Below, one piece after another: positions 39,032 through 46,830 of a DNA stretch of 64,000 bases. Source of the stretch: an uncultured Acidobacteriota bacterium (lineage in GTDB: Bacteria; Acidobacteriota; Thermoanaerobaculia; UBA5066; DATFVB01); contig CAWEYG010000003.1 of NCBI GenBank assembly GCA_963813155.1, forward strand, positions 640,001 through 704,000, written 5' to 3'. Every line of letters starts with the position of its first letter. Positions within the stretch are counted from its first letter, which is position 1. The position numbers were made by a program, and so were the translations under genes. The notes under the pieces are model-generated. The model searched no databases, was not told the origin of the DNA, and was given only the letters and a program-made list of their open reading frames with translations.

Positions 39032-39313
39032 CTAGCTTTGGTGGTGCCGAAGGATCTCGTCGATGTCCTGGACTGAGAACGCGTTGAGCTGAACGATGTT
39101 CGCCTGGTCGCGGAACGCCGGAGGAACGATGGCGCGCGCCTCTTCCTTGCTATCGACCTCGACCGTCATCCAGGATTTGTGAACGCCGTCCTTGCAACCC
39201 CAGTCGGCGTGGCTCAGATAATGGGATCCGGACTCGAGGAAAACCCTGACGGCCCGCGCACAGGCCACCATGGGCTCTTCGTGGGGGACCTCGATCAGAA
39301 ATCTCGTCGCCAT
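39032..39313 (-). CDS. Small hypothetical protein (His/Cys-containing)
   Basis: Protein-like 93-aa ORF with its own extended -10 (TGnTACGAT) 6 nt upstream. Confidence 0.75.
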   Translation of the reverse strand: MATRFLIEVPHEEPMVACARAVRVFLESGSHYLSHADWGCKDGVHKSWMTVEVDSKEEARAIVPPAFRDQANIVQLNAFSVQDIDEILRHHQS

Positions 39314-39333
39314 TTTCGTATCGTAGCACCGCT

Positions 39334-39489
39334 GGAAACGGCCGCAAGCAATCCCTCGAGGAGTCGCGCGTCGTTGTCTGAGCGACCGGATATGGCCGAG
39401 CCGCAGTCGGGAACCGCGGATGGCGAGGCCATCAAGACGCCGCGAGTTTCGCGCGCGCGACGAAAGGGTATTTGCGCGCGGCCGTTTCC
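39334..39489. repeat. 156-bp imperfect palindrome (REP/MITE-like or structured RNA)
   Basis: Perfect 12-bp terminal inverted repeat GGAAACGGCCGC/GCGGCCGTTTCC with nested pairs GCAA/TTGC, CCCT/AGGG, GTCGCGCG/CGCGCGAC and ATGGCC/GGCCAT. Confidence 0.7.
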
Positions 39490-39563
39490 CGAGACTGAGC
39501 TTTAGCGATCGACCGGCGCGAGCAGCATCACGACGCTAGGCCGGCGGCCACGCCTTCGTCCTT

Positions 39564-40310
39564 TCACTTTTCGGCGATCGTCGTCAACTGGGTCTGGACG
39601 CATTTCCACTGTCCGTTCTGCCGGACAAAGATGTCGGTCGAGCGCTCGCGCGTCGTGAACGCCTGCCCCTGGTAGGCGCCCGTTGTCGTCGCGCGGCCGG
39701 TGACGATCGCCGTATCGCCGTTCACCCGCACGCGCGCCTCGTCGAAGTCCATCGCGGAATGCGTCAGCGCGCCGGACTTGAGGACGGCGAGGAACGCGGA
39801 TTTCGAGATCGCCTTGCCGTCCGGGCCGTAGACGACCCAGTCGTCGCTCACGAGCCTGCCCAGCGCGTCCGCGTCCCCCTTGAGAATCGCCTCCGCAAAC
39901 CGCTTCTCGAGCGCCATCAGCTCTGCGTTCGCCGTGTCGGAAGGCGTCGCGCTCGGTCCGGCTGCCTTCAGCTCGACGATCACCATCTCCAGGTCGTCGA
40001 GCGCCTCGTCGGAATGCGTCACGGGCGGCCGGATCATCGTGTCGCCGGCCTTGAATTCCGATTCGCGCACGGTTCCGTCCGCGAGCGTCACGCGGACCCG
40101 ACCGCCCCGGATGACGTAGACGACAGTCGCGGGGTGCGAGTGGATCGGCGTCTTGTCGCCCTTCTTCGGCTCGAACTTCAGGACGCGCACCCTGTCGTCC
40201 TCCGCGAGCAGCTTCAAGTGCTTCAGCTTGTACTGCATCACGTCCTGCGAAAAAAGGACCGAGGGAACCAGCAGCAGCAGACCCGCGAGAAACCGATTCG
40301 TTGCCCTCAT
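39564..40310 (-). CDS. Secreted cupin plus NTF2-like (DUF4440) two-domain protein
   Basis: Signal peptide; cupin HSHP...H motif; DUF4440-like C-terminus (GDTAIVTG, TDIFVRQNGQWK); GGAGG RBS. Confidence 0.8.
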   Translation of the reverse strand: MRATNRFLAGLLLLVPSVLFSQDVMQYKLKHLKLLAEDDRVRVLKFEPKKGDKTPIHSHPATVVYVIRGGRVRVTLADGTVRESEFKAGDTMIRPPVTHSDEALDDLEMVIVELKAAGPSATPSDTANAELMALEKRFAEAILKGDADALGRLVSDDWVVYGPDGKAISKSAFLAVLKSGALTHSAMDFDEARVRVNGDTAIVTGRATTTGAYQGQAFTTRERSTDIFVRQNGQWKCVQTQLTTIAEK

Positions 40311-40401
40311 CGAAGACCTCCTTCGCCCGATTCCGGCTTTGGCCGATCTCGGGCCGGTGCTAGCATCCCTCATCCCTCACATGGGAGACAGGAGAAAACC
40401 G

Positions 40402-40884
40402 ATGCGAAACGCGACCCTGGCACTGACCATTCTCTTCGGCCTCGCGGCCGGCCAAGTTCGGGCCGCGGCCCCCAGAGCCCCGAAACCCGACGTCGGGGCG
40501 GGTCACATCGCGTGGTTCGACATCACCACCTCGGACCTCCCGCGGTCGAAAGAATTCTACGGCAAACTCTTCGACTGGCAGTTCAACGGCATGGCCGGCA
40601 CAGAGTACGCGGTCCAGATCGTCGCGGGCGGCGCCGAGATCGGGACCCTGCGGGTTGCCGAGGGGAAGATCAGCGGATTCAACGGAGTCGTGTACGTCCA
40701 GGTGAGCGACATGCAGGCCGCCTGCGCGAAAGCGACCGCCCTGGGCGGAACGGTCATTCCCGGCTTTCCGTTCAATCTGCCGGACGCGGGCGGAGCCGTG
40801 GGCCTGGCGCTGGACCCCGTCGGCCACCCGATCGGCCTGTATTCGAGGACCCCGATTCCCGCCCCGCCGCCCCCGGCGAAATGA
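40402..40884 (+). CDS. VOC/glyoxalase family protein with signal peptide
   Basis: WFDITTSD...FYGKLFDWQF, VYVQVSD and DPVGHPIGL motifs; AGGAG RBS. Confidence 0.85.
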   Translation: MRNATLALTILFGLAAGQVRAAAPRAPKPDVGAGHIAWFDITTSDLPRSKEFYGKLFDWQFNGMAGTEYAVQIVAGGAEIGTLRVAEGKISGFNGVVYVQVSDMQAACAKATALGGTVIPGFPFNLPDAGGAVGLALDPVGHPIGLYSRTPIPAPPPPAK

Positions 40885-40887
40885 AGT

Positions 40888-40908
40888 AGCCCGAAGTTAC
40901 TTCGGGCT
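40888..40908. terminator. Hairpin between convergent genes (possible bidirectional terminator)
   Basis: AGCCCGAAG-TTA-CTTCGGGCT; no clear U-tract. Confidence 0.45.
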
Positions 40909-40916
40909 CTCGAACG

Positions 40917-41615
40917 TCACTTCGGCCCATTCGGCCCGGGCCCGGCGTGCTGCAGGCACACCCAGCAGGTGAGCGCGCCGTTGAAAGTCAGAGGGTCCGG
41001 AAATCCCCAGTCCTCTTCGGCGTTCGTGCCCACGAGCTGTAACGGACCCGTGAGGTAGGACGGGGGAACCGTCTCCCGGGGCACGAACGAGAACGCTGCG
41101 GGTTGGTTCCTGAGCACCGCGGTGTTCTGGCACCCGACGGGGCTGAACCTGTCCGGGGTGTTGATGTCCGTGGAAGCATTGAAGAACGAGAGGCAGAACG
41201 TCGACCGGTTAGTGACGTCGAAGCCGCCACTCAGGATCACGCTCGAGATGAAATCGCCGGGCTTGAGGTTCAAAGGGAAAAGCGGAGTCTGATACTTCGA
41301 GTACACATTGGCCGTGAAATCTGCCGCCGTGAACGTTCCGACCTTGAGGAGCCGGCCTCCCTTGCAGGCGTCCTTCAAGTCCGTGACCCAGGTCCCCGAG
41401 TTGTCCGGGTTGAGATTGCGCCACGTGCCCCCGGTCGTCTGCTGGCGAATGTCGCCCGTAGTCGGATTGAAACAGGCGCCGTCCATGCCGGGAAGGTAAA
41501 AGAAATCCGGCCCGTAGAGGGGGCAGCTGATGACGTCAGGGACGGTTGCGTGGCTGATCGAGGCAACGCCAATGAACCCCGCGATGAGAAAGAGCGACCT
41601 GAGCAGTCTGGACAT
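40917..41615 (-). CDS. Secreted Cys-containing hypothetical protein with alphaproteobacterial-porin-like N-terminal motif
   Basis: Signal peptide MSRLLRSLFLIAGFIGVASISHA, then CPLYGPDFFYLPGMDGAC. Confidence 0.7.
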   Translation of the reverse strand: MSRLLRSLFLIAGFIGVASISHATVPDVISCPLYGPDFFYLPGMDGACFNPTTGDIRQQTTGGTWRNLNPDNSGTWVTDLKDACKGGRLLKVGTFTAADFTANVYSKYQTPLFPLNLKPGDFISSVILSGGFDVTNRSTFCLSFFNASTDINTPDRFSPVGCQNTAVLRNQPAAFSFVPRETVPPSYLTGPLQLVGTNAEEDWGFPDPLTFNGALTCWVCLQHAGPGPNGPK

Positions 41616-41715
41616 AGGTTTCCCCTTTTTACCGGGGCCTCGCCTCGGCATGTAAAATTGTTGTCCAGATATTAACACGCCCGCTCCGCGAGGACGGAAA
41701 GGCTTCGCGATCGCG

Positions 41716-42255
41716 CTACGTTTCCTCGATCAGCGCGAGCAGTTTCGTCATCGTCGTCAGGTTCCGCGCGGTGCATTCGCGGCCGAGGCTCTTGCTCGCC
41801 GCCTTCCACAGCCGGCTCTCGACGATTCCGTCCGCGCACCAGAGGTATGCGACGCGGGACCCGAGGGCCAGTGCCTCCGGCCCCCATCGTTCTTTCGCGA
41901 GCGGTCTCAACCGCGCCAGGGCCTTCGGATCCGGAAACGCGAGCACGAGCAGGCGGGCAGGATCGTGCGCGATCGAAGCGAACGGATTTTTCCGGACGGC
42001 CGCCGCGACATCGCTCCCCGTCAGCACCGTCACGCGCGTCGACACGCCGAGTCGAGCCGCGATCGCCTTCTCGATCCGCATCGCCGCGTCGCCGGAGGGT
42101 CCCTTCGGAACGGTGAACACGACATTCCCGCTGTTCAACAGTGTGCTCACGTCCGTGTAGCCAAGCGCTTCGACGAGCTGGCGCAGATCGGCCATTGGGA
42201 CGCGCTTCGCGCCTCCGACGTTGACCCCGCGAAGAAGCGCAACGCGCCGGTCCAT
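41716..42255 (-). CDS. DUF1697 family protein
   Basis: VALLRGVNVGG..VPMADL, TLLNSGNVVF and TARN motifs. Confidence 0.9.
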   Translation of the reverse strand: MDRRVALLRGVNVGGAKRVPMADLRQLVEALGYTDVSTLLNSGNVVFTVPKGPSGDAAMRIEKAIAARLGVSTRVTVLTGSDVAAAVRKNPFASIAHDPARLLVLAFPDPKALARLRPLAKERWGPEALALGSRVAYLWCADGIVESRLWKAASKSLGRECTARNLTTMTKLLALIEET

Positions 42256-42272
42256 GACCGCTGCCGGCCCGC

Positions 42273-43133
42273 TCAGGGCCTCCCTCCCGCCCTCTGCCTC
42301 GCGAGTTCGGCTCGAAAGGCCTGCTCGGTCCTGGCGACGAACTTCGCGTACCCGTCGGGGTCGAGGAACGGCGAAGCGGCGCCCTCCTTCATCCTGGCGT
42401 GCTTCGCCTCCATGTCGAAGTAGGAAGAGTGGGCGCCGAGAAAGTAGTCGCAGGGAAGCGACCTCAGTACGCGGAACATGCGTTCGTAGTCTTCCGCGAT
42501 CTTCGGGTAGAGCGAGTTCTGGACGAGGTCGTAGCCCGGATTCACCCACGGGCCGCCGACGATGACGACGTCGCGAGCCTTGCCGCCCTCGTTCACTTTC
42601 ATCGTCCACGTCGTGCAGCCCTTCGTGTGCCCGGGCGTCAGGTGGGCGACGAGCACCGCGTCCCCGAGCTTCACTTCGTCGCCGTCGTGCAGGACGCGGT
42701 CGACTCTCGTGGCCTCATAGCGCTGCGCCGGATCGTTTCCGTACTGGAAATCGGTCGCCCCGCCCGACTCCACGGCCGAAACGTCGGCGTCCATGACCAT
42801 GTAGCGGGCGCCGGTCATCCGCTTGACCAGCGCGCTTCCGGCGACGTGATCGGAGTGCGCCTGGCTGATCAGCAGGATCTTGATGTCGCTGAATTGGAAC
42901 CCCAGCTTTTCGATGCTCGCGCGGACGAGAGGCACGTTCTCTTCGTAGGTGGCGTTGATCAGGATATTCCCCTTCGCCGTGACGACGAGATAACTCGAGA
43001 GACCCCTCGTTCCCACTGAATAGAGGTTCCCCGCGATCCGGAACGGGGGAAAGGGCTCCTTGTCCGCGCTCCCCTGCGCGGCCGCCACGCGAGCGAGCGC
43101 GACAAACGTGAACAGAGAGCTCGCGAATCTCAT
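42273..43133 (-). CDS. Subclass B3 metallo-beta-lactamase, Gln116 variant
   Basis: PFPPFRIAGNLYSVG, QAHSDH, TPGHTKGCTTW and LGAH motifs; signal peptide. Confidence 0.9.
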   Translation of the reverse strand: MRFASSLFTFVALARVAAAQGSADKEPFPPFRIAGNLYSVGTRGLSSYLVVTAKGNILINATYEENVPLVRASIEKLGFQFSDIKILLISQAHSDHVAGSALVKRMTGARYMVMDADVSAVESGGATDFQYGNDPAQRYEATRVDRVLHDGDEVKLGDAVLVAHLTPGHTKGCTTWTMKVNEGGKARDVVIVGGPWVNPGYDLVQNSLYPKIAEDYERMFRVLRSLPCDYFLGAHSSYFDMEAKHARMKEGAASPFLDPDGYAKFVARTEQAFRAELARQRAGGRP

Positions 43134-43283
43134 GCGGTCGCGTTCTGTCCGATTCGCCACATCCACAGCTTGATCTCAATCGTCTTCAGATTCGGCACAA
43201 TCTCCCTTCCGCAATCGCCGCCATGCATAAAAGCATAAGCGTCCGCATCGCTTCCCGGGCGACATGATATTTGTCTCTGCTCG

Positions 43284-44024
43284 ATGAAGCATCTGGGAAT
43301 TCTCGCGCACTCGACCGAAGGGGCCGCCCTCTGTTTCCTGGCGTTCTGCCAGGAAGGATTCCGGGAGCTCGGCCCCCACCAACACCCGGACGTCACCCTC
43401 GATTGCATCACCATGGCCAGGAGCATGGCCGCCTGGGACGCTGCCGACTACGCGAGCATCCGGAGAACCCTCCGGGAGAGCGTCGATCGGCTGGCCCGCG
43501 CGGGCGCGGACTTCTTCGTGTGCCCGGACAACACGGCCCATCTCGCGCTGGAAGAGCCGGGAGACGCCTTCGCGCTTCCGGGGCTGCACATCGCCGAGGT
43601 CGTCGCGGACCGCGCCGCCCGCGACGGGCGCAGGCGAGTCGCCGTCCTCGGCACGAAGTACACCATGCAGGGGCCGATCTATCCCCGGGAGCTTGCCGGC
43701 CGCGGGATCGCGGCGGAAATTCCGGAAGCGTACGACCGGCTGCTCATCAACAAGATCATTTTCGACGAGCTCGTGGCCGGGGTCTTCTCCGACAGCTCGC
43801 GCGCCGAGCTCGTGCGCGTCATCGGCCAGATGAAGGAGACCGGCTGCGACGCGGCCGCGCTCGTCTGCACGGAAATCCCGCTGCTTGTCACGCCCGAAAC
43901 GTCGCCGCTCCCGACGCTGGATTCGACCCGGCTTCTGGCTCGCGCGGCGTTCGAAGTCTCCGTCGGGAGACGGCCCATGCCCACATGGAGGGGCGGCCCG
44001 CGGAACGAGCCCGATCCCGCCTAG
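43284..44024 (+). CDS. Aspartate/glutamate racemase family protein
   Basis: GADF..CPDNTAH, LHIAE, LGTKYTM, CTEIP and DST motifs. Confidence 0.85.
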   Translation: MKHLGILAHSTEGAALCFLAFCQEGFRELGPHQHPDVTLDCITMARSMAAWDAADYASIRRTLRESVDRLARAGADFFVCPDNTAHLALEEPGDAFALPGLHIAEVVADRAARDGRRRVAVLGTKYTMQGPIYPRELAGRGIAAEIPEAYDRLLINKIIFDELVAGVFSDSSRAELVRVIGQMKETGCDAAALVCTEIPLLVTPETSPLPTLDSTRLLARAAFEVSVGRRPMPTWRGGPRNEPDPA

Positions 44025-44494
44025 CGGCGAGGAACGGGTTCATACGCGGTGCACTCGAGCTCCACTCGAGCTCCCAGGACGAGGCCACTGGCCGCGAGCG
44101 CGCTGCGCGCCGGAAAGTGGCGCGGGAAGTACTTTCGATAGACCTCGTTGAAGGCAGGCCACTCGCGCATGTCCGCGAGAAAGACCGTGCACTTCACGAC
44201 GTCGTCCATCGAGGCGCCGTGGCGCTGGAGGATCGCCTGGATGTTGTCGAGCGCTCGCGCGGCCTCGGGCCCGATGCCGCCCGGCACGAGCTCGAGTTTG
44301 CCCGGCACGTTCCCGATCTGACCCGAGAGAATCAGGAAGTCTCCCGCGCGAACCGCCTCCGAGAACGGAAGCGAATGCTCCGCGGCCCCCGGCGACGAGA
44401 GGAACTCCGCGGGACGGGGTGGGCGCGACGGAGCCGACGACTGGCACCCGAGCGCGAAAACCACGAAAGGAAGAAGAAGCGCGGCGCGTTTCAT
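44021..44494 (-). CDS. RidA/YjgF family protein with lipoprotein signal
   Basis: LPFSEAVRAG..LILSGQIG, FNEVY, PARSA and VELEC motifs; N-terminus MKRAALLLPFVVFALGC. Confidence 0.88.
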   Translation of the reverse strand: MKRAALLLPFVVFALGCQSSAPSRPPRPAEFLSSPGAAEHSLPFSEAVRAGDFLILSGQIGNVPGKLELVPGGIGPEAARALDNIQAILQRHGASMDDVVKCTVFLADMREWPAFNEVYRKYFPRHFPARSALAASGLVLGARVELECTAYEPVPRR

Positions 44495-44547
44495 TCGAGG
44501 CATGCTAATCGACGCTAGGGATCATCACGATGCCGTTCCTTCGCTTC

Positions 44548-44697
44548 TCAATGTCTCTTGAAGTACTGGATTTCTCTCTCGTGCTTCTCGGCGACGGCTC
44601 GCGATTTGAATGTCCCCAGGTTCCGCCGCTTCCCGGTTTTCGGGTTCTTCTTTCGCGAGTACAACCGGAACTGGCCGGACTTGAGCTTTCGGATCAT
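44548..44697 (-). CDS. Unannotated 49-aa highly basic small protein
   Basis: Manual translation MIRKLKSGQFRLYSRKKNPKTGKRRNLGTFKSRAVAEKHEREIQYFKRH; ATG sits 1 nt after the upstream stop; fills an otherwise empty gap. Confidence 0.78.
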   Translation of the reverse strand: MIRKLKSGQFRLYSRKKNPKTGKRRNLGTFKSRAVAEKHEREIQYFKRH

Positions 44698-44698
44698 C

Positions 44699-45146
44699 CT
44701 AGAGAGCCGGCATGGGGCTCGCGGGAGCCTCGCTCGCCAGCTCCACGAGCTCTTTTTCCGTGTCCGCCGCGCTCAGGCCGAGCCACGCGCAGGCCGTGCC
44801 GAGGGCGTTGAAGACGATGGACTTTCCCCCCTGGCGGGCGTACAGCTCGTCGAACTTCGCCGCTTTCCGGAACGCCTCGTCGGCCACGATCGCGACTCTC
44901 AGCGTGTCGATCCCCGGATGCTCGTCCGTAGAGACTCGCGGCCTTCTCGAGCACGCCGGCGTCGATCGAGCCGTCGAGAGAGACAAAGCGCAGGTCGCAG
45001 AGTTGCCGGCCTTCCGGAGCGGGCGGCCATCCCGGATCGGAGACGAGACTCCGGACGTGCGCGAGAAACTCCTCCGCCGTGACTGGCCCGCTCCACCGCG
45101 TGAGAGCGAGTCGCCGGTCCCTGTCGATTCGGTACGCGATGCTCAT
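44699..45146 (-). CDS. Hypothetical STAS/SpoIIAA-like protein (apparent +1 frameshift near 44927)
   Basis: MSIAYRID...WSGPVT.EEF...LCDLR, then RVAIVAD...F...A.AWLG in the adjacent frame; TATAAT upstream. Confidence 0.65.
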
Positions 45147-45177
45147 GGCTACGAACCAGAATTATACCGACCCGAGT

Positions 45178-45684
45178 TTAAGATTCGGTCAAGATCGAGC
45201 GTTCGAGCACCTGCTCTTCGGTGAGCCCGTACAGCGGCGGAACGGAAATGCCGCGCATCGAAGCCATCATGTAGAGCTGCCCCCGATGATGCGCCTCGTG
45301 CTCGGCCATCGCGCGAAGCCACTTCCATGTCGTGATCGGAGTCCCCGCGGGCGTGAGGCACTTGCGCTGAAGATCCTCGTCTGTGAGCGCCCGGAACACC
45401 GCGAGCGACTCCTCGTGACAGCGGCCGACGTATTCCCGCACGGCGGAGATCCCGCTCGCGAGAGATGAGGCGTGCCCCGGGTACGTGCTCGGGCGGCCCT
45501 GGACATTCTCGGCGTACATGTAGCGCTCGATTCCGGCGAGATGGCGAAACAGATCGCCGAACGTGAAGCGCCCCGGCGCGTGCGTCCACTCGAGATCGGA
45601 TTCTGGAAGGCGGTCGAGAATGCGCATCGTTCGAGACCGCGCGTTCACCCAGTAGTCGGCGAAGGAAGCGGCGGAGTCGATCAC
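45178..45684 (-). CDS. DinB family protein
   Basis: ARSRT, GDLFRHLA and EHEAHHRGQL His triad. Confidence 0.9.
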   Translation of the reverse strand: MIDSAASFADYWVNARSRTMRILDRLPESDLEWTHAPGRFTFGDLFRHLAGIERYMYAENVQGRPSTYPGHASSLASGISAVREYVGRCHEESLAVFRALTDEDLQRKCLTPAGTPITTWKWLRAMAEHEAHHRGQLYMMASMRGISVPPLYGLTEEQVLERSILTES

Positions 45685-45710
45685 TGCGTCACCGACTTCT
45701 CAACGGACTC

Positions 45711-46046
45711 TTAGCCTTCCAGCAATACCGCAAGCTTGCCCAGGACCTCGGCGCTCGCGCTCTCCGGCAATCGAGCCGCAAGCTGCACCTCTCGCGCGCG
45801 CCAATCGAGACTCTTCACCTGATCGGCGAGGACGACACCTTCGACAGGTAATCCGACGGGAAGTGCGACTTCGAATGGATAGCCCTTCGCCTGACTCGTG
45901 ATGGGGCAAAAAAGGCCGAGGCCGACCTTTCCGTTGTAAGAACGAGGCGAGACGACGACGGCGGGTCGGCGGCCCGCCTGCTCGTGCCCCGCCTGGGGGT
46001 TGAGCGTGATCCAGACGACGTCACCGCGTTCCGGAACGTATGGCAC
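45711..46046 (-). CDS. mazF: MazF/PemK endoribonuclease toxin
   Basis: YVPERGD, PQAGHEQAGRRPAVVVS, CPITSQ.KGYPFEV and DQVKSLDW motifs. Confidence 0.95.
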   Translation of the reverse strand: MPYVPERGDVVWITLNPQAGHEQAGRRPAVVVSPRSYNGKVGLGLFCPITSQAKGYPFEVALPVGLPVEGVVLADQVKSLDWRAREVQLAARLPESASAEVLGKLAVLLEG

Positions 46047-46050
46047 GGCG

Positions 46051-46290
46051 CTACCACGCCTCTCGGCCGGCGGCCGGACCGCTTTCGACCTCGGAATGCA
46101 GATTCTTCTTCTTGACGCCGGCGAGCAGCTGGCTGAGTCTCCAGCGCGGTCGAACAGGCGTCAGGCGCACTTCACCCTTCTCCATGGAAATCTCGACTTC
46201 GGACGACGCGAGCAGACCGGCTCCCTCCGCGAAGGGTTTCGGAATTCGAACCGCCAGGCTGTTGCCCCATTTCTGCACCCGAGTCTTCAC
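46051..46290 (-). CDS. mazE: MazE/AbrB antitoxin
   Basis: VQKWGNSLAVRIPK; GGAGG RBS; directly upstream of mazF. Confidence 0.95.
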   Translation of the reverse strand: MKTRVQKWGNSLAVRIPKPFAEGAGLLASSEVEISMEKGEVRLTPVRPRWRLSQLLAGVKKKNLHSEVESGPAAGREAW

Positions 46291-46336
46291 AGATCCTCCG
46301 TATCTACAATGAGTCTACAGAGGCTTCTGCGCCAGG

Positions 46337-46795
46337 TCAAGACGCGGCGTCGATCTCATGATTTCTCGCATCGATTTCGAATGGGGCTGAGCCGTATCCC
46401 GCGCTGACGACTTGGGCGAGATAGACGGGCAGGAACCCCGCGATCCCTCCGTGCGACTCGTACTGGTGAACGTGGCGGCACTCGTGGGAGAGAACACGAG
46501 TGTCCATGTACCCGGTTTTCAGGAAGATCGCGTAGCCGAGAGTCAGCCCGATCATTCCCGGGCCGAGAAGTCCGATCTGGGCGGCTGCGGCGCTGAGCTC
46601 GGGATCCTCCGGCATCGGAAGCGCATCGACGACTCTCATGCGGATTTTCTCGGGCGACAGGACGCCGACCCGACGGGCGACCTCGAGACTACCCGGCGGC
46701 AGCGGGTCGCCGATTGCCAGAGCTTCAAGGGCTTCATGCTCCGCCCAGGCTATCGCTTCCGGGACAAATGCCGAGAGGGAGCCTCGCAAATCCAT
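46337..46795 (-). CDS. Standalone HExxH zincin-like protein (DUF4157-like)
   Basis: GLTLGYAIF, SHECRHVHQY and PFEIDAR motifs; GGAG RBS. Confidence 0.72.
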   Translation of the reverse strand: MDLRGSLSAFVPEAIAWAEHEALEALAIGDPLPPGSLEVARRVGVLSPEKIRMRVVDALPMPEDPELSAAAAQIGLLGPGMIGLTLGYAIFLKTGYMDTRVLSHECRHVHQYESHGGIAGFLPVYLAQVVSAGYGSAPFEIDARNHEIDAAS

Positions 46796-46830
46796 CACTC
46801 CGTGCCCGGGTGGGGAAACGGCGTCCACTC

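Noticed and set aside
43169-43265. LDLNRLQI peptide resembling a LysR N-terminus, divergent from the beta-lactamase
   Set aside because: Only about 8 residues of similarity, no start codon or HTH continuation; may be chance
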